This document shows, in pieces, positions 37,696 to 48,342 of a DNA stretch of 64,000 nucleotides (position 1 is the stretch's first letter; each line of letters begins with the position of its first letter). A program made the position numbers and the translations under genes. The DNA comes from Bacteroidota bacterium (GTDB lineage: Bacteria > Bacteroidota > Ignavibacteria > Palsa-1295). The notes beneath the pieces were generated by a model that was not told the DNA's origin, made no database searches, and worked only from the letters and a program-made list of their open reading frames with translations. The DNA lies in assembly GCA_021324735.1 (NCBI GenBank), contig JAJPIO010000011.1, forward strand, positions 22,612-86,611, given 5' to 3'.

Positions 37696-39630
37696 TCAAC
37701 GGACGACCTGCATCTTCACGGTCTGCGTGAAGCTCGGGGTCACCAGCTGATAGTAGTATAATCCGGTTGCAACCAAGTTGCCGGAGGCATCGCGGCCATC
37801 CCAGTCAACTGTGTTGTGGCCCGCTGCGCGGCCTTCGTCGGCTACGAGCGTGCGAACTTCATGGCCCAGCATATCAAAGACGCGGACCGTAACATTCTCA
37901 GACTGTGCGAGATCGAAGCCGATCGTCGTATGGCCAGCGGCCGTGATGACGAATGGATTCGGCACGTTCTGGTCGAGCGAGCTCGTACCAGCCGTTGCAT
38001 TTTCGCCGCCAAGCTTGAGTGCTACATGCGAGGATGCCATATCGACGTCGTTCGATTGAACGTCCGTCATATCGAATTCGAGATTGCCATTCGCCGGCTT
38101 CGAGAACTCGAGATATCCGATCGTCGAGCCATTTTCGAAATTACCGCTCGTTGCAAGAGCAACGCGGCCCAGCGTAGCATTCGACGCCATGATCGTGCCT
38201 TCCGGAGAACGTGTTCCGACCAGCTGCACGCCATTGGCTTCGAGACCCTTCAAATTCATTTCTACCGAAAGAGCGCCATTCACACTGCCGCGGACCGTAA
38301 GCGGTACGAGCACCGTGTTACCATTCACACGCGCGTTCGATGGATCTGCAACGATACCCGAAACGTCGGTCGAGTGAATGTCGGACGACTTATATCCGGG
38401 CACCGGAAGCGGGAGCGGCCACGGCAATACCGCGAGCTTACCTGCAAGGTACATCATGATATAAGCAGCGTCGTACGACGTTACATAGTAGAAGTATGCG
38501 CCATAGGTCGGGTTATAAACGCGACCGTTGTGGTTCGCATCGCCGTGGAACGCGTTGCGGCCTTCGACGCTATCGAGCGGAATGCCATTGGCGCGCGACG
38601 TAAGAATAAGATTCGCGTCTGCGAGCGTAACAAAGCGGTTCTGGAAACGACGTACGTTTGGATCGCTGCTGGTCACCTGTGTAAGGTCAGCATCGCCATC
38701 ACCCCACTGGCTGAAGATCGCGCGGCCGTTCGGTACAAGCTGGATAGCACGACCTGGCAAGCAGGTTGCCGGCGGCCAGCAATCCGTACGACGCGTAACG
38801 TTCAAGCGGGTCGAATCACCATTGAATGCGGAGGTCGGGAAGAGCGCATTGATATGCGTGAATCCAACCGAGTCTTCTGCACCAACGGCTGCACCGACCG
38901 TCGTAACGGTACCGGTGGTACCGATCGGTCCGTACTGGAATTCGAAGGTGGCACGGTCGTCCGGATTCGCTTTATCGTTCGCCATCGGGTTCTCAAGGAT
39001 CCGAAGCTGGAACGATGCGATCGAATTCGGATTCGTCTTATCGTTGATGTTGAGGTCGCGCCATTCCACCGTAAAGGTATGAATGAACGAGAATGGCTTT
39101 GCATTCGGGTTCGGATCCGGTACTGACGTGGTCAGGTACGAGATGCGCGACGGATGATAACCCGGCTCGAGCGTACGATAATAGTGGTCGCCCCAGTATG
39201 GTGCGATCGTATTATTCGGCGTAATCGAGCTGAATAAAGTATTATTGTTGGCCGGGGTAACGGGGATCGGCTGAATACCACAGGTAACCCAACCATTGAC
39301 GTTCACATTGACTGTGTTGTAGTCATTCCCGTTGTAGTTGTACGTAAATCCGACCGGGATTCCATTGGCTGTGCCATCATCGTGATCGATAAAGCCGGCA
39401 AAGTTATAGAACTGGTCGGCCGAGATCAGTGTGGCACCAGCGAGTGGATTGTAAAACTCGTTGACGTACTGCACTGTATAATTCGCCCAGAGCGGCTGAA
39501 CGCCGAACTGCTGAGCGTGTGCCTTCGGCGTTACGCCGAGAACACTCACCGTCACGACGGCCAGCGCGACGAATAACCGTTGATAAAGTTTCATGGGTCT
39601 AATACTCCTTGAAAGTTGACGTATTAACAC
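37696..39630 (-). CDS. Secreted T9SS cargo protein (644 aa)
   Basis: Signal peptide (MKLYQRLFVALAVVTVSVLGVTPKAHAQ). T9SS C-terminal domain ...TGLYYYQLVTPSFTQTVKMQVVR. Confidence 0.8.
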   Translation of the reverse strand: MLIRQLSRSIRPMKLYQRLFVALAVVTVSVLGVTPKAHAQQFGVQPLWANYTVQYVNEFYNPLAGATLISADQFYNFAGFIDHDDGTANGIPVGFTYNYNGNDYNTVNVNVNGWVTCGIQPIPVTPANNNTLFSSITPNNTIAPYWGDHYYRTLEPGYHPSRISYLTTSVPDPNPNAKPFSFIHTFTVEWRDLNINDKTNPNSIASFQLRILENPMANDKANPDDRATFEFQYGPIGTTGTVTTVGAAVGAEDSVGFTHINALFPTSAFNGDSTRLNVTRRTDCWPPATCLPGRAIQLVPNGRAIFSQWGDGDADLTQVTSSDPNVRRFQNRFVTLADANLILTSRANGIPLDSVEGRNAFHGDANHNGRVYNPTYGAYFYYVTSYDAAYIMMYLAGKLAVLPWPLPLPVPGYKSSDIHSTDVSGIVADPSNARVNGNTVLVPLTVRGSVNGALSVEMNLKGLEANGVQLVGTRSPEGTIMASNATLGRVALATSGNFENGSTIGYLEFSKPANGNLEFDMTDVQSNDVDMASSHVALKLGGENATAGTSSLDQNVPNPFVITAAGHTTIGFDLAQSENVTVRVFDMLGHEVRTLVADEGRAAGHNTVDWDGRDASGNLVATGLYYYQLVTPSFTQTVKMQVVR

Positions 39631-39728
39631 TCTTGTTCGTCTGACTTATTTTGTTCGTCTGTCTTATGTCTCGTACTGACTGCCGCGACGACTGCCTAAA
39701 CAATCGCCGCAGCAGCCAAACGTTACAC

Positions 39729-42700
39729 TTATTTCGCTACCTTTTCGAACGACATCTTCACCGAAGAGGTAAACGAACCTGCCGTCATGTGAGCGATGTA
39801 CGAGCCTTCCGGAACGGTCGCGCCACTGGCGTCCGTACCATCCCACGTCACCGGATAAGAACCCGGATCAAGCTGCTCGTTGACAAGGGTACGAACCAGC
39901 GTGCCCTTGAGGTCATAGATATCGATCCGGACGTTCGAGCGCTCGGCGACCGCGAAGTTCAAGGTCGTTGCGCTGGCAAACGGATTCGGATAGTTCGGCT
40001 CGAGCGCGAAGGTCGGCTTCTGACCCTGATCGCCTACGCCAGCACCAGCCGGCACGAAGACGATAAGTGCATTGGTCAGGCCCTGATCGCGAATCTCCAA
40101 GCACATCGAGTCGGAGCCCATCGAGCGCCACGTGTACAAGCTGTTGTCGATGATACGTGCACCGCTGAACATGTTGATGTCGAACTCACCACGGTTACGC
40201 GGATTTCTCAGCATGAACCGGCCGGTGTTGAACGGCGTCGTCAGGTTCTTCGGATCGAGGCACGACGGCTTCCAGCAGATCTCGATCGGATAGAGACTAC
40301 CCGCACCGCCAGACTCGTTACCGGCCTGGAACACGACCTGCCACGTAATGAGCGACGACTGGTTCGTGTCGCTGCGTACGTCGACGGTAGTACCTTCGAG
40401 TTTACCACCGAGCGGTAGTATCCAACGTGCATCGAATGCACTGGTCGGAGGAGCCGGAGCGACTTCGTATTCGCAATACTGAATATCAAGCGAATCGTGT
40501 CCGAACGGTCCTGCACCGAAGCAGAGTATCTGAGCATCCTGCAACGGATGGAGCTGCGTTACTGCATTCGATACGGTGATCGCGCACTCGAACTTCGGCG
40601 TGTTGCCGACGTGTACCGCGTAGGTAAGCGTATCGACGTTACCCGTCGCATCCGTTACTTTGAGGCGGATGTACTCTGGTGCCGGCGGATTATTGAAGAA
40701 GTACGTATTGTCTTCATCGTAATGTCCGCAGACCTGCAGTGTGATCGTGTCGTTCTTCAACTGTCCGTTGATGGTACCAGGTGTTACCGTAATACGTGGA
40801 TCGAGCGATACGACTGTAAGCGTCTCTTTCGCGCACGTGTCACGGAGCAGGTCAAGATCGGAGACCTTAACACTGTCGCAGAACTGCTGATGGTTCATCA
40901 CGCAGAGCTGGCCTGGGCCACGGAAGAAGCTCGGAAGATGAGCGACCGAATCAACAGCAATGTTGAACGTCTTCCATGTTGTAAGCTGGCACTGGTCGCT
41001 GACGATAACCGTAACCTGGACGGAGTCGCCGCAGACACCCGCGAAGCGCGGAGCATCTGTAATACCCGGGATACCAGTGAGCACACCCGAGAACGGATCG
41101 ATCTTGAGCCACGATGGCGTATGACCGACCAGCGAGTCACGACCAACCTTATAAAGACCGTCACGGTAGACTACCTTTGACTGCCCCTGATAGAGAAGCG
41201 TATAGGTGTGGTAGTCAGCTACGTTCGGATCGGTGATCGCAATACGATTGATCTTCTGCGGATCCTGGAAGTTCAGGCTGTAATCAACACCTTCCTTAGC
41301 ATTCGGAAGCGCAGTCGTAATGATCGTCGGCGCAAAGTTAACCGGTACCGGCCAGCGCTGGAGCGCCTTGCCTGTGTGACCGTCATGCGCCTGGACCGCT
41401 GCGATCGTATCGAGGTTCAACTCGCCATTGACCTGCGGGGTCGGAGTGAGCAAGCCCACTGCGGTAGCCGAGTCAATACGAACGTTGATGATACCACGCT
41501 GCTGGAATGCTGCGCTGGAATCAACCGGCACATAGTTGCCACCGCTCGGATAGACCATCCACGACGGACGCGTCGGGAAGCTGTAGTTTGTACGGCCAAA
41601 GCGGAAGTCCCACGCTGGCGACATTGTACGGCCGGTATCCTTTGCCGTCGGAATCATTTCTGCCGCGGCAGCCGAATCCTCGAGCTCATCATCCGTCTGA
41701 AGATCGAACGAGTAGCGGAGCGAATCCGTAAGGTTCGCCGCGCACGGACGCTGATCGACATTCAGGAAGCGCGGAAGGCTATCCATGACGATGATGCGGA
41801 AATGATAGGTGCTCGAGGTCGAACGGACGCACAGCGTATCGCTGAGGAATCCACCGGTCGTGCAGTTCATGTACGGCGGGAATGTCCACATGCTAAGGCT
41901 TGCGCTATCCGGGCCAAGTAAGCCTGGGAATGCATTGAGCAATCCACGCTCGGACGCGAAGTTCGGCGGGAAGTTGGTCGCGGTCACCGTTAGCGCCTCG
42001 CCACCCGGTACTACGTCCGGATTGTGTGGCTGACCGGTGAGCAGGATATACCCGTTCGAGCCCGTGATGTTCTGATTAAAGATCGTCGTCGCTTTCAACC
42101 AGTGGTTAAGACGAATGTGAGCCTGGAGCGCGCGCAAGGTATCTGCAAGATATTGACCCTGTGCGTTTGCCGGTACCGCCTCACCTGCAATGAGGTCTGG
42201 CGTTACGCTAAGTGCAAGCTGCGTATAGTTACCCTGGTTAAAGAGGAAACGCGGATCGTAGAAATTATTCGGATCGTAGCCCGCCACGCGGAAGAGCGTG
42301 TGTGCCGGATCGCTCGCATCGTAGTTAACGTCCTCGTGTACAAAGCGTACGTTCGGGTTGTACGGATCGTTCTGAAGGTTCGTGATATCCGCTACGAAGC
42401 TCGGCGGAAGCACGTCACCGATGGTGAACTGAAGACCATGCGTGATCGCATAGGCTGCACCATATTTCCACAGGTGGGTGCGGCTAATAACAAGGATGTG
42501 ATCGCCAGGACGTACTGGAAGCGTATGATAACGCTCACCAGCGTACCAGGTCGTCGTACCAGTGACACCCTGCGTGCAGACGGTATCGCCGGAGGTTGTA
42601 CCCTGCATATCGGCAAGCGACAACTGATACTCGCGGCCAGCCAACGCTGCGCTATCTTCGAGCATCGAGGCACGCTGCACTTCATCGAACGTCATTTGCG

Positions 42701-45700
42701 ACGGACGGAGAAGCGACAGAGTATAGAGTGTCTGCTGGCGGAAGTTAGCATGGCGCTTCGCGATCGACGAATCCGGTACAAAGTCAAGACGTCCCTGATA
42801 GGTCTGCTGCGGGCCATTGCCTTCATCAACCATCGTCTCCTTCAAGTTCACACGGACGAACTCGTTCGTGTTTTGATTGAAGACCATGAAGACGGTGTAG
42901 TTACGAGCGTACGCATCGCGGTTCGAATCGGCAGCACTGACGTCAGCCTGCAGGAACAGCGGATATCCGATCGGATGTGGTCCAACGAAATCGGTCTGGT
43001 TAAGATCGATCTTCTGGACGTACGTCGCATTGGTATCGAAAATATTACGGGTAAAGCGATGGAGCTTTACAACATCGTTCGGAATACCGAGCGAGAATGC
43101 CTCAGCCGGAGCAAGGCGTCGGAACGCATAGTCCGCGACCTTCATGTCTGTGCCCTTATCGAAGAGGTCATAGACGCGGCCTTCCATGAGGAGCGTATCC
43201 GGGATCGTACCGATCTGAACTGGTGTGTAACCAGCCGGCGGATTACGGTTCGGCTCATAGACATTCGTGAAGCAACCCTTATAATAATCGATAAAGAAGG
43301 TTGCTTGCTGCGGACCTGTTGGCGGATGGATCTCCGTGATCACACTCGGTCCAGTCTCGCCCCAGAAGTTACCGCGAAGCGTATCAGCACCGCTGCGTCC
43401 TACGATCGGAGAGACCGGCAGGCGCAGGATGTAACGCGCTGTGTTATCATAGATAGCATCGCCACGCGAGTTCGTCTCGTACGATGGGAGCGAACCTTCG
43501 AAGTCGGCCCAGATCGTAGCACCGGCATTGACATCACCAGGATTCGAGATACCGGAAGCATCGAGATCGACATGGAGCGATGACTGCGATGACGCATGGT
43601 TGTTCGCGATCAAGCACTGGTTCGACATAAGCTTGAGGTCATAGCGATCGGACCAAATGGCCGAACCGGAATAGGCCTCGTTGCCTTCGAAACGAACGCG
43701 GCTAAAGAATGTCGAATCGAGCGGAATAAGCGGGTTGTCCGGCGGGGTCGTGATCTGAATAAAGATACCACCACCACGGCCGTGAGCAACGCCATTGGAA
43801 TAGTTATAAAGCTGAGCAGAGTCCGGTCCGAGGATTACGCGGTTATCGAGGAACCGGGTAAGCTCGCGCGGATCATATGGGAATGGGGTCGCTGCGGTAT
43901 CGCGAGCGATCTTTACATTCTGTGCATTGTACTCATTCTCAGCAAAGAAGCGGTTATTGGCCGTTCCGTTGATCGAAATAGCATCGACGATAGCAACGGC
44001 ACCGCCATTACCACCGACAACCGTATTGCTATTGTACTCGACCGCAAACGACGAGTCGCGCATACCGACGAACTCAGCACCGCCACCCTGTACGGTCATG
44101 CCGTAAAGGTTACCACGGTTCGGACCACCCGTTGGGTTCAAACGAGCGTCGAACGGATTGACCGAGTTCTGAAGGTGTAATGCACGGCGCTCCTGAAGAT
44201 CCGGTGCGCCACCGGCAAAACCATCGAGATAGATACTACCGCCGCCCTCACCCGCGAGGTTATTGAAGAAACGGACGCGCAGTTCGACAGAGTCGATACC
44301 GCCCGGCCACGGGAAATTCTGAGGAGCAAGATAGCCCGTGATGAATACCTGGTTCGGCGAGTAGATCGCACCACCGACCAAATACGCTACGTTACCATTA
44401 AACTGAACAAGTCCGGAATCGCGTACCGGGCCAACGAAGCCAGGCATGAACGGCACGATGTGCTCGGCGTCGATATTAAGACGTGGAGCAAGCGCCGGAC
44501 TGGAGCCATACAAGAAATCGAGATTGATCGCACCGCCCTTACCGGCTACGTTACCGGCGAAGGTGGCCATCTTGAGGATCGTAAGACCCGGAAGACGATC
44601 GTTGCCATTCGCACCAGGACCAGAAGGCACCTGGCTCGGATTGCCGGAGGTCGCGCTTACTGCGATAGCACCACCCCATGTATTAGCATCGGTATTAGCA
44701 ATCGCGGAGTCATTGTTGAATGTACAATTTGCGATCGTAAGCGCCGTGTTGCTGCCAACATAAATAGCACCACCCTTTGCGAAGTTCGGGCTCGTACCCG
44801 ATGTCGGTCCCAGCGTATTGTTCGCTGTGCAACGCTCGAAGAGCATTGTGTTCATCGTCGCCGTAAAGGAGGTCGTACCGACACTGAACGGGGTATAACC
44901 TAACGTCGCCGTGATGAAGTTAGCCGAATTAAAGGATGAACCATTGGACGCCATGTAAATAGCACCGCCGAGAGCCATTGCATCGGTCGGAAGCGGAGCT
45001 ACTTCATTATTATAAGCTCGGGTATCGCGAATGGTAAGACGGCATACCTGGCCGTTAGCGAGCGCGAGACGACCATCATCAGCAGGCGTAAAGCCGACCG
45101 GCGACTGAAGGAATGCGAACGCACCACCGCGGAACGACGTCTGGCAGCTATCGACGATAGCATCGTAGATATAGGTCTTACGAGACATCGTTGCGATAAC
45201 GCCGCCGTTACCATTGAAGGCATTATTCATGGCCGCATCAAAGGCCGCATCGGTCGGGTCGAGCGACGGGCTGTATAACAGCGTCTGATCGACCGTATTC
45301 CGTTTACGGAAATTGACGAAGCGGACGTTGGCGAAGAACGCCGAGTCCGAATTCGGAAGAATCAAGAAGTGACCCCACTCATGGGATGTATCACTGATCG
45401 GCATACCGCGGAAGAGGATCCGGCGGTTAAAACCAGTGAACCCGTTGGCGATGATTTTACCGCCGGTCGAGTCGATAATGCGGCTATTCGGCAAGAACCA
45501 CACTTCCGCACCTTCCATGATCTGGAGTGTACCGGCAACATCATAGTTACCAGCGATCTCATAGATCGTGTCAGTTGCGGAGTTACCCGGGGTACGCGGA
45601 AAGAAGACTTTCGTCTTACCGGCCGACAAATACCCGGAAACGGGCTGCAGGGTCTGTGCCTGAGTTTGGCCAACGAATGCCGCAAGGCCGAGAAGCACAA

Positions 45701-45724
45701 TTAAAGCAGTCAAGTATCGATGCA
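39729..45724 (-). CDS. Giant (~2000 aa) T9SS-secreted adhesin-like protein with PMP/beta-helix-type repeats
   Basis: Many GGAI(Y/A) and FxxN repeats (GGAIYMASN, GGAIAVSAT, GKGGAINLDF, GGAIYSPNQ), as in polymorphic membrane protein or parallel beta-helix adhesins. T9SS C-terminal domain ...EGSYIAHMTAGSFTSSVKMSFEKVAK. Probable start is MHRYLTALIVLLGLAAFVGQTQAQ at 45724; the ORF is open to 45869. Confidence 0.8.
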
Positions 45725-45990
45725 TACTACCTCCATAAGTGAGGAACGAAGACCGGCGCCGCTGAGCCATTCCTGGTCCATTCGCGCGGTCCGTAAACGA
45801 AAATAAACTTTCCTGGTCGCCGCCCCTTTCGTTGCGGGCTCCCGATGGGGCAAAGTCAATTAGTCGCATGTGTCCAGTTATCTATAAAAAACCAATTCGG
45901 TTTCTACTTCAATAGCTTCGACGCCTCTGCACTGTTATTTGCAGATTTGCCAAAGCTTCTCCAAATACACTCTTCTATTACCAAGCGCTG

Positions 45991-46722
45991 TTACAGCTCG
46001 ACGTTAAACTTTAGCAGCTCGCGCCTGGCGGCATCATCAAACTGACTATTCGGATAATCGGCTGCCAACTGACGATAGATGCGAATTGCATCGTCGTTGC
46101 TTTTGGCAGCAGCATCATCGCGTGCAGCGCTTAGCAAATAATCGGCCGCCAACGGATTGGTCATATCACGTTTCGCTGCCGACTCAAATAACTTCGCTGC
46201 TTCGAGTTTGTTACCTTTATGTTCTAAAATTGCTGCTTTTCCTGCGTCGATCGATGCCTGAATGATCGGATAATCGCTTGACGCATTATCAAAAGCTTTA
46301 CTCGCACTATCGTACTTACCAAGTGCATAGTAGGAATTGCCGAGCAACAGGGCCGCCTGACTGCCGGCCGGCGTCGATCCAAACTCTTGTGCGATATAAC
46401 GAAGACCGAAGATCGGCTCGCCATCGATGCGGCGGGATTTATCTCCGTCGATCGCATGGCGGTAATCGCCACCGAAATAATACATTTCGACGCGAGAGAG
46501 ATAGGTATCGGCACGATCGGCATTCGCTTTACGCTGACCGGCCCACCACCAGAGCCCTACCACGATCGCAACAATAACGACAGCAACACCGGAAAGCACT
46601 CGCTGATTATTGCGAGCCCATTCCCGGCCATTCTCATAACGCAGCAACAGCTTCTCGGTCGAGCTTAGCCGCTCTGCGCCTGGTTGTTTTATTTCTGCTA
46701 TCTCTCGTTGCGAACGGATCAT
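45991..46722 (-). CDS. Membrane-anchored TPR-repeat protein (YfgM/YbgF-like)
   Basis: N-terminal transmembrane helix (VLSGVAVVIVAIVVGLWWW) followed by TPR-like helical repeats. Confidence 0.65.
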   Translation of the reverse strand: MIRSQREIAEIKQPGAERLSSTEKLLLRYENGREWARNNQRVLSGVAVVIVAIVVGLWWWAGQRKANADRADTYLSRVEMYYFGGDYRHAIDGDKSRRIDGEPIFGLRYIAQEFGSTPAGSQAALLLGNSYYALGKYDSASKAFDNASSDYPIIQASIDAGKAAILEHKGNKLEAAKLFESAAKRDMTNPLAADYLLSAARDDAAAKSNDDAIRIYRQLAADYPNSQFDDAARRELLKFNVEL

Positions 46723-46822
46723 CCGTTATATCAAAAAACTTTCTTTATTCAACTGCTCGGCAAACGCTTCACGCTGGCCATTTCCACTGGTCCCAAGTCA
46801 TGGGCTCACGATCGAATGAAGC

Positions 46823-46896
46823 GCGCCCGGAAGGACTCGAACCCTCAGCCTTTGGAACCGGAATCCAACGTTCTATCCAGTTGAACTACGGGCGCC
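46823..46896 (-). tRNA. tRNA-Arg (anticodon CCG)
   Basis: Manual fold gives acceptor GCGCCCG/CGGGCGC, D-stem GTTC/GAAC, anticodon stem TTGGA/TCCAA with loop TTCCGGT (anticodon CCG), and T-arm GAGGG-TTCGAGT-CCTTC. Discriminator is G. No encoded CCA. Confidence 0.85.
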
Positions 46897-47289
46897 TAAC
46901 CATTTGCCGCATCCACCAGAAGTGAATGCGCTAAGCGCTGTCACACTTCAGAACGCCGGAAAAATGCCTGCTTCGATCTTTTTCTCGAAACAGACATCCG
47001 CTTTTTCAAAGTACGATTGCTTCAGAAGCAAGCGCTGGAAGGCTGTTTTCAGCGCTCCATGACCGAAAGTGGAAATCCGGCACAAGATACTGCGGCAAAT
47101 ATACGAACGGATTTTGCAGTATCCGTAAAACGACGTTTGCTTTACGCATGAGCTTCCGAACAGAAACATTCGAAACCACACTTGTTTGCAGCCACGCCCG
47201 GCCGAATTCGACTATCCGGTGTGAAGCACCGAAATAATTACCCGTTTCTAATTTTGTTACACCTCGTCTGAATCTTTTTTCAAACTCTA

Positions 47290-47625
47290 GAGACTTCCTG
47301 AAAACTATCAACCTGAACCTGGATTCTCAGGATTATGCTGATTTTGAGGATCGATCCGAAGAATTTCTTTGGATTTCACTCCCAATTCGCCAATTCCTGA
47401 ACTTTCGGGTTATGCAGATTGCTCCAGTCAATATCCCCGATGGCTCCTTAGCTTTGCTATTGGCCAGCGGATATATTGAGCGGAGCGAACAAAGAGTCAC
47501 CCTAAGTCACCTGTCTCGTTAGAGACCTGCCCCTATGGCAACCTAAAGCGTCCTGACCTTTCGGCCAGCTCTTCGTTCGACATCCGCATGCCCACTCTTC
47601 AATTAATAATTAAGACTTAAGAATG
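47290..47625 (-). ncRNA. rnpB: Candidate RNase P RNA (rnpB); low confidence
   Basis: The minus strand reads ...GCCGAAAGGTCAGGACGC...TTGCCATAGGGGCAGG...CAGGTGACTTAGGGTGAC... This resembles the conserved GGAAAGUCCGG...CCAUAGGGCAGG...AGGGUGAAAGGGUG blocks of bacterial RNase P RNA. It lies in a 780-bp gap with no convincing ORF. No full fold was verified. Confidence 0.3.
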
Positions 47626-47667
47626 AATAGACTGACCCGTAGTCCTCTATTAATTCTTAATTCCTAA

Positions 47668-48180
47668 TTACACTTTGCCTTTGCCCCATTCGACTACTTC
47701 TAATCGAACACGGCCGAGGCCGGCTCGCTCGATACCAATAGCTCGTGCGGCCGCGTAGGTCAAGTCAATAATGCGCTCCGGTTTTACCGGCCCACGATCA
47801 TTGATGCGCACCGTCACACTTGCATGTGTTGCCAAATTCGTTACGCGGACCTTCGTCCCGAACGGAAAATGACGGTGCGCTGCAGTCAACTTCGAGTTGT
47901 CAAAGATCTCCCCGTCCGAGGTGCGGCGTCCCTGAAAATCGTTAGAATAGTAGGACGCAACCCCTTCTTCGGTAGCCAGCGTGGTCATCACCGGCCGAAC
48001 GGCACATGAACTGACGAGAGACGATAAGGCGACGAGCGCCACGATCGCAACTCCGAATCGCACCTGAGGTAAGGTTACCCGTTGACCCCTGGCTTGCCGC
48101 CATCCTAACAGATGCCGGCGGACGATCAACCGCCCTCCTGGCGAGAGTGCATTCATGTCCATTTCAAATGTACCACACAA
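47668..48180 (-). CDS. rlpA: RlpA-like double-psi beta-barrel lipoprotein (septal-ring lytic transglycosylase family)
   Basis: GVASYYSNDFQGRRTSDGEIFDNSKLTAAHRHFPFGTKVRVTNLATHASVTVRINDRGP matches the RlpA DPBB signature. A signal or transmembrane segment is present. Confidence 0.75.
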   Translation of the reverse strand: MCGTFEMDMNALSPGGRLIVRRHLLGWRQARGQRVTLPQVRFGVAIVALVALSSLVSSCAVRPVMTTLATEEGVASYYSNDFQGRRTSDGEIFDNSKLTAAHRHFPFGTKVRVTNLATHASVTVRINDRGPVKPERIIDLTYAAARAIGIERAGLGRVRLEVVEWGKGKV

Positions 48181-48342
48181 AGATACAATGAAAAATATGA
48201 GAAGTCAAGAGGTTACTTAAAGTATTTTATTAGGTCCGCACTTTTCCCCACAAATTGCCACATTTTAATTGAAAATTAATCTAATAGAAACACCAATTCC
48301 CCCTTTTGGAGGGGAATTGGTGCTCGATAAACCGAAGAAGGA

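Noticed and set aside
37816-39126. 436-aa plus-strand ORF
   Set aside because: Antisense to the 644-aa secreted cargo gene. Arg/Cys-rich, with no motifs.
42024-43583. 519-aa plus-strand ORF (with neighbouring 227- and 237-aa plus-strand ORFs)
   Set aside because: Antisense to the 2046-aa PMP-repeat gene. Arg-rich low-complexity translation.
46948-47311. Two overlapping small minus-strand ORFs (77 and 101 aa)
   Set aside because: No signal, domain or codon-bias support. They lie in the putative structured-RNA gap.
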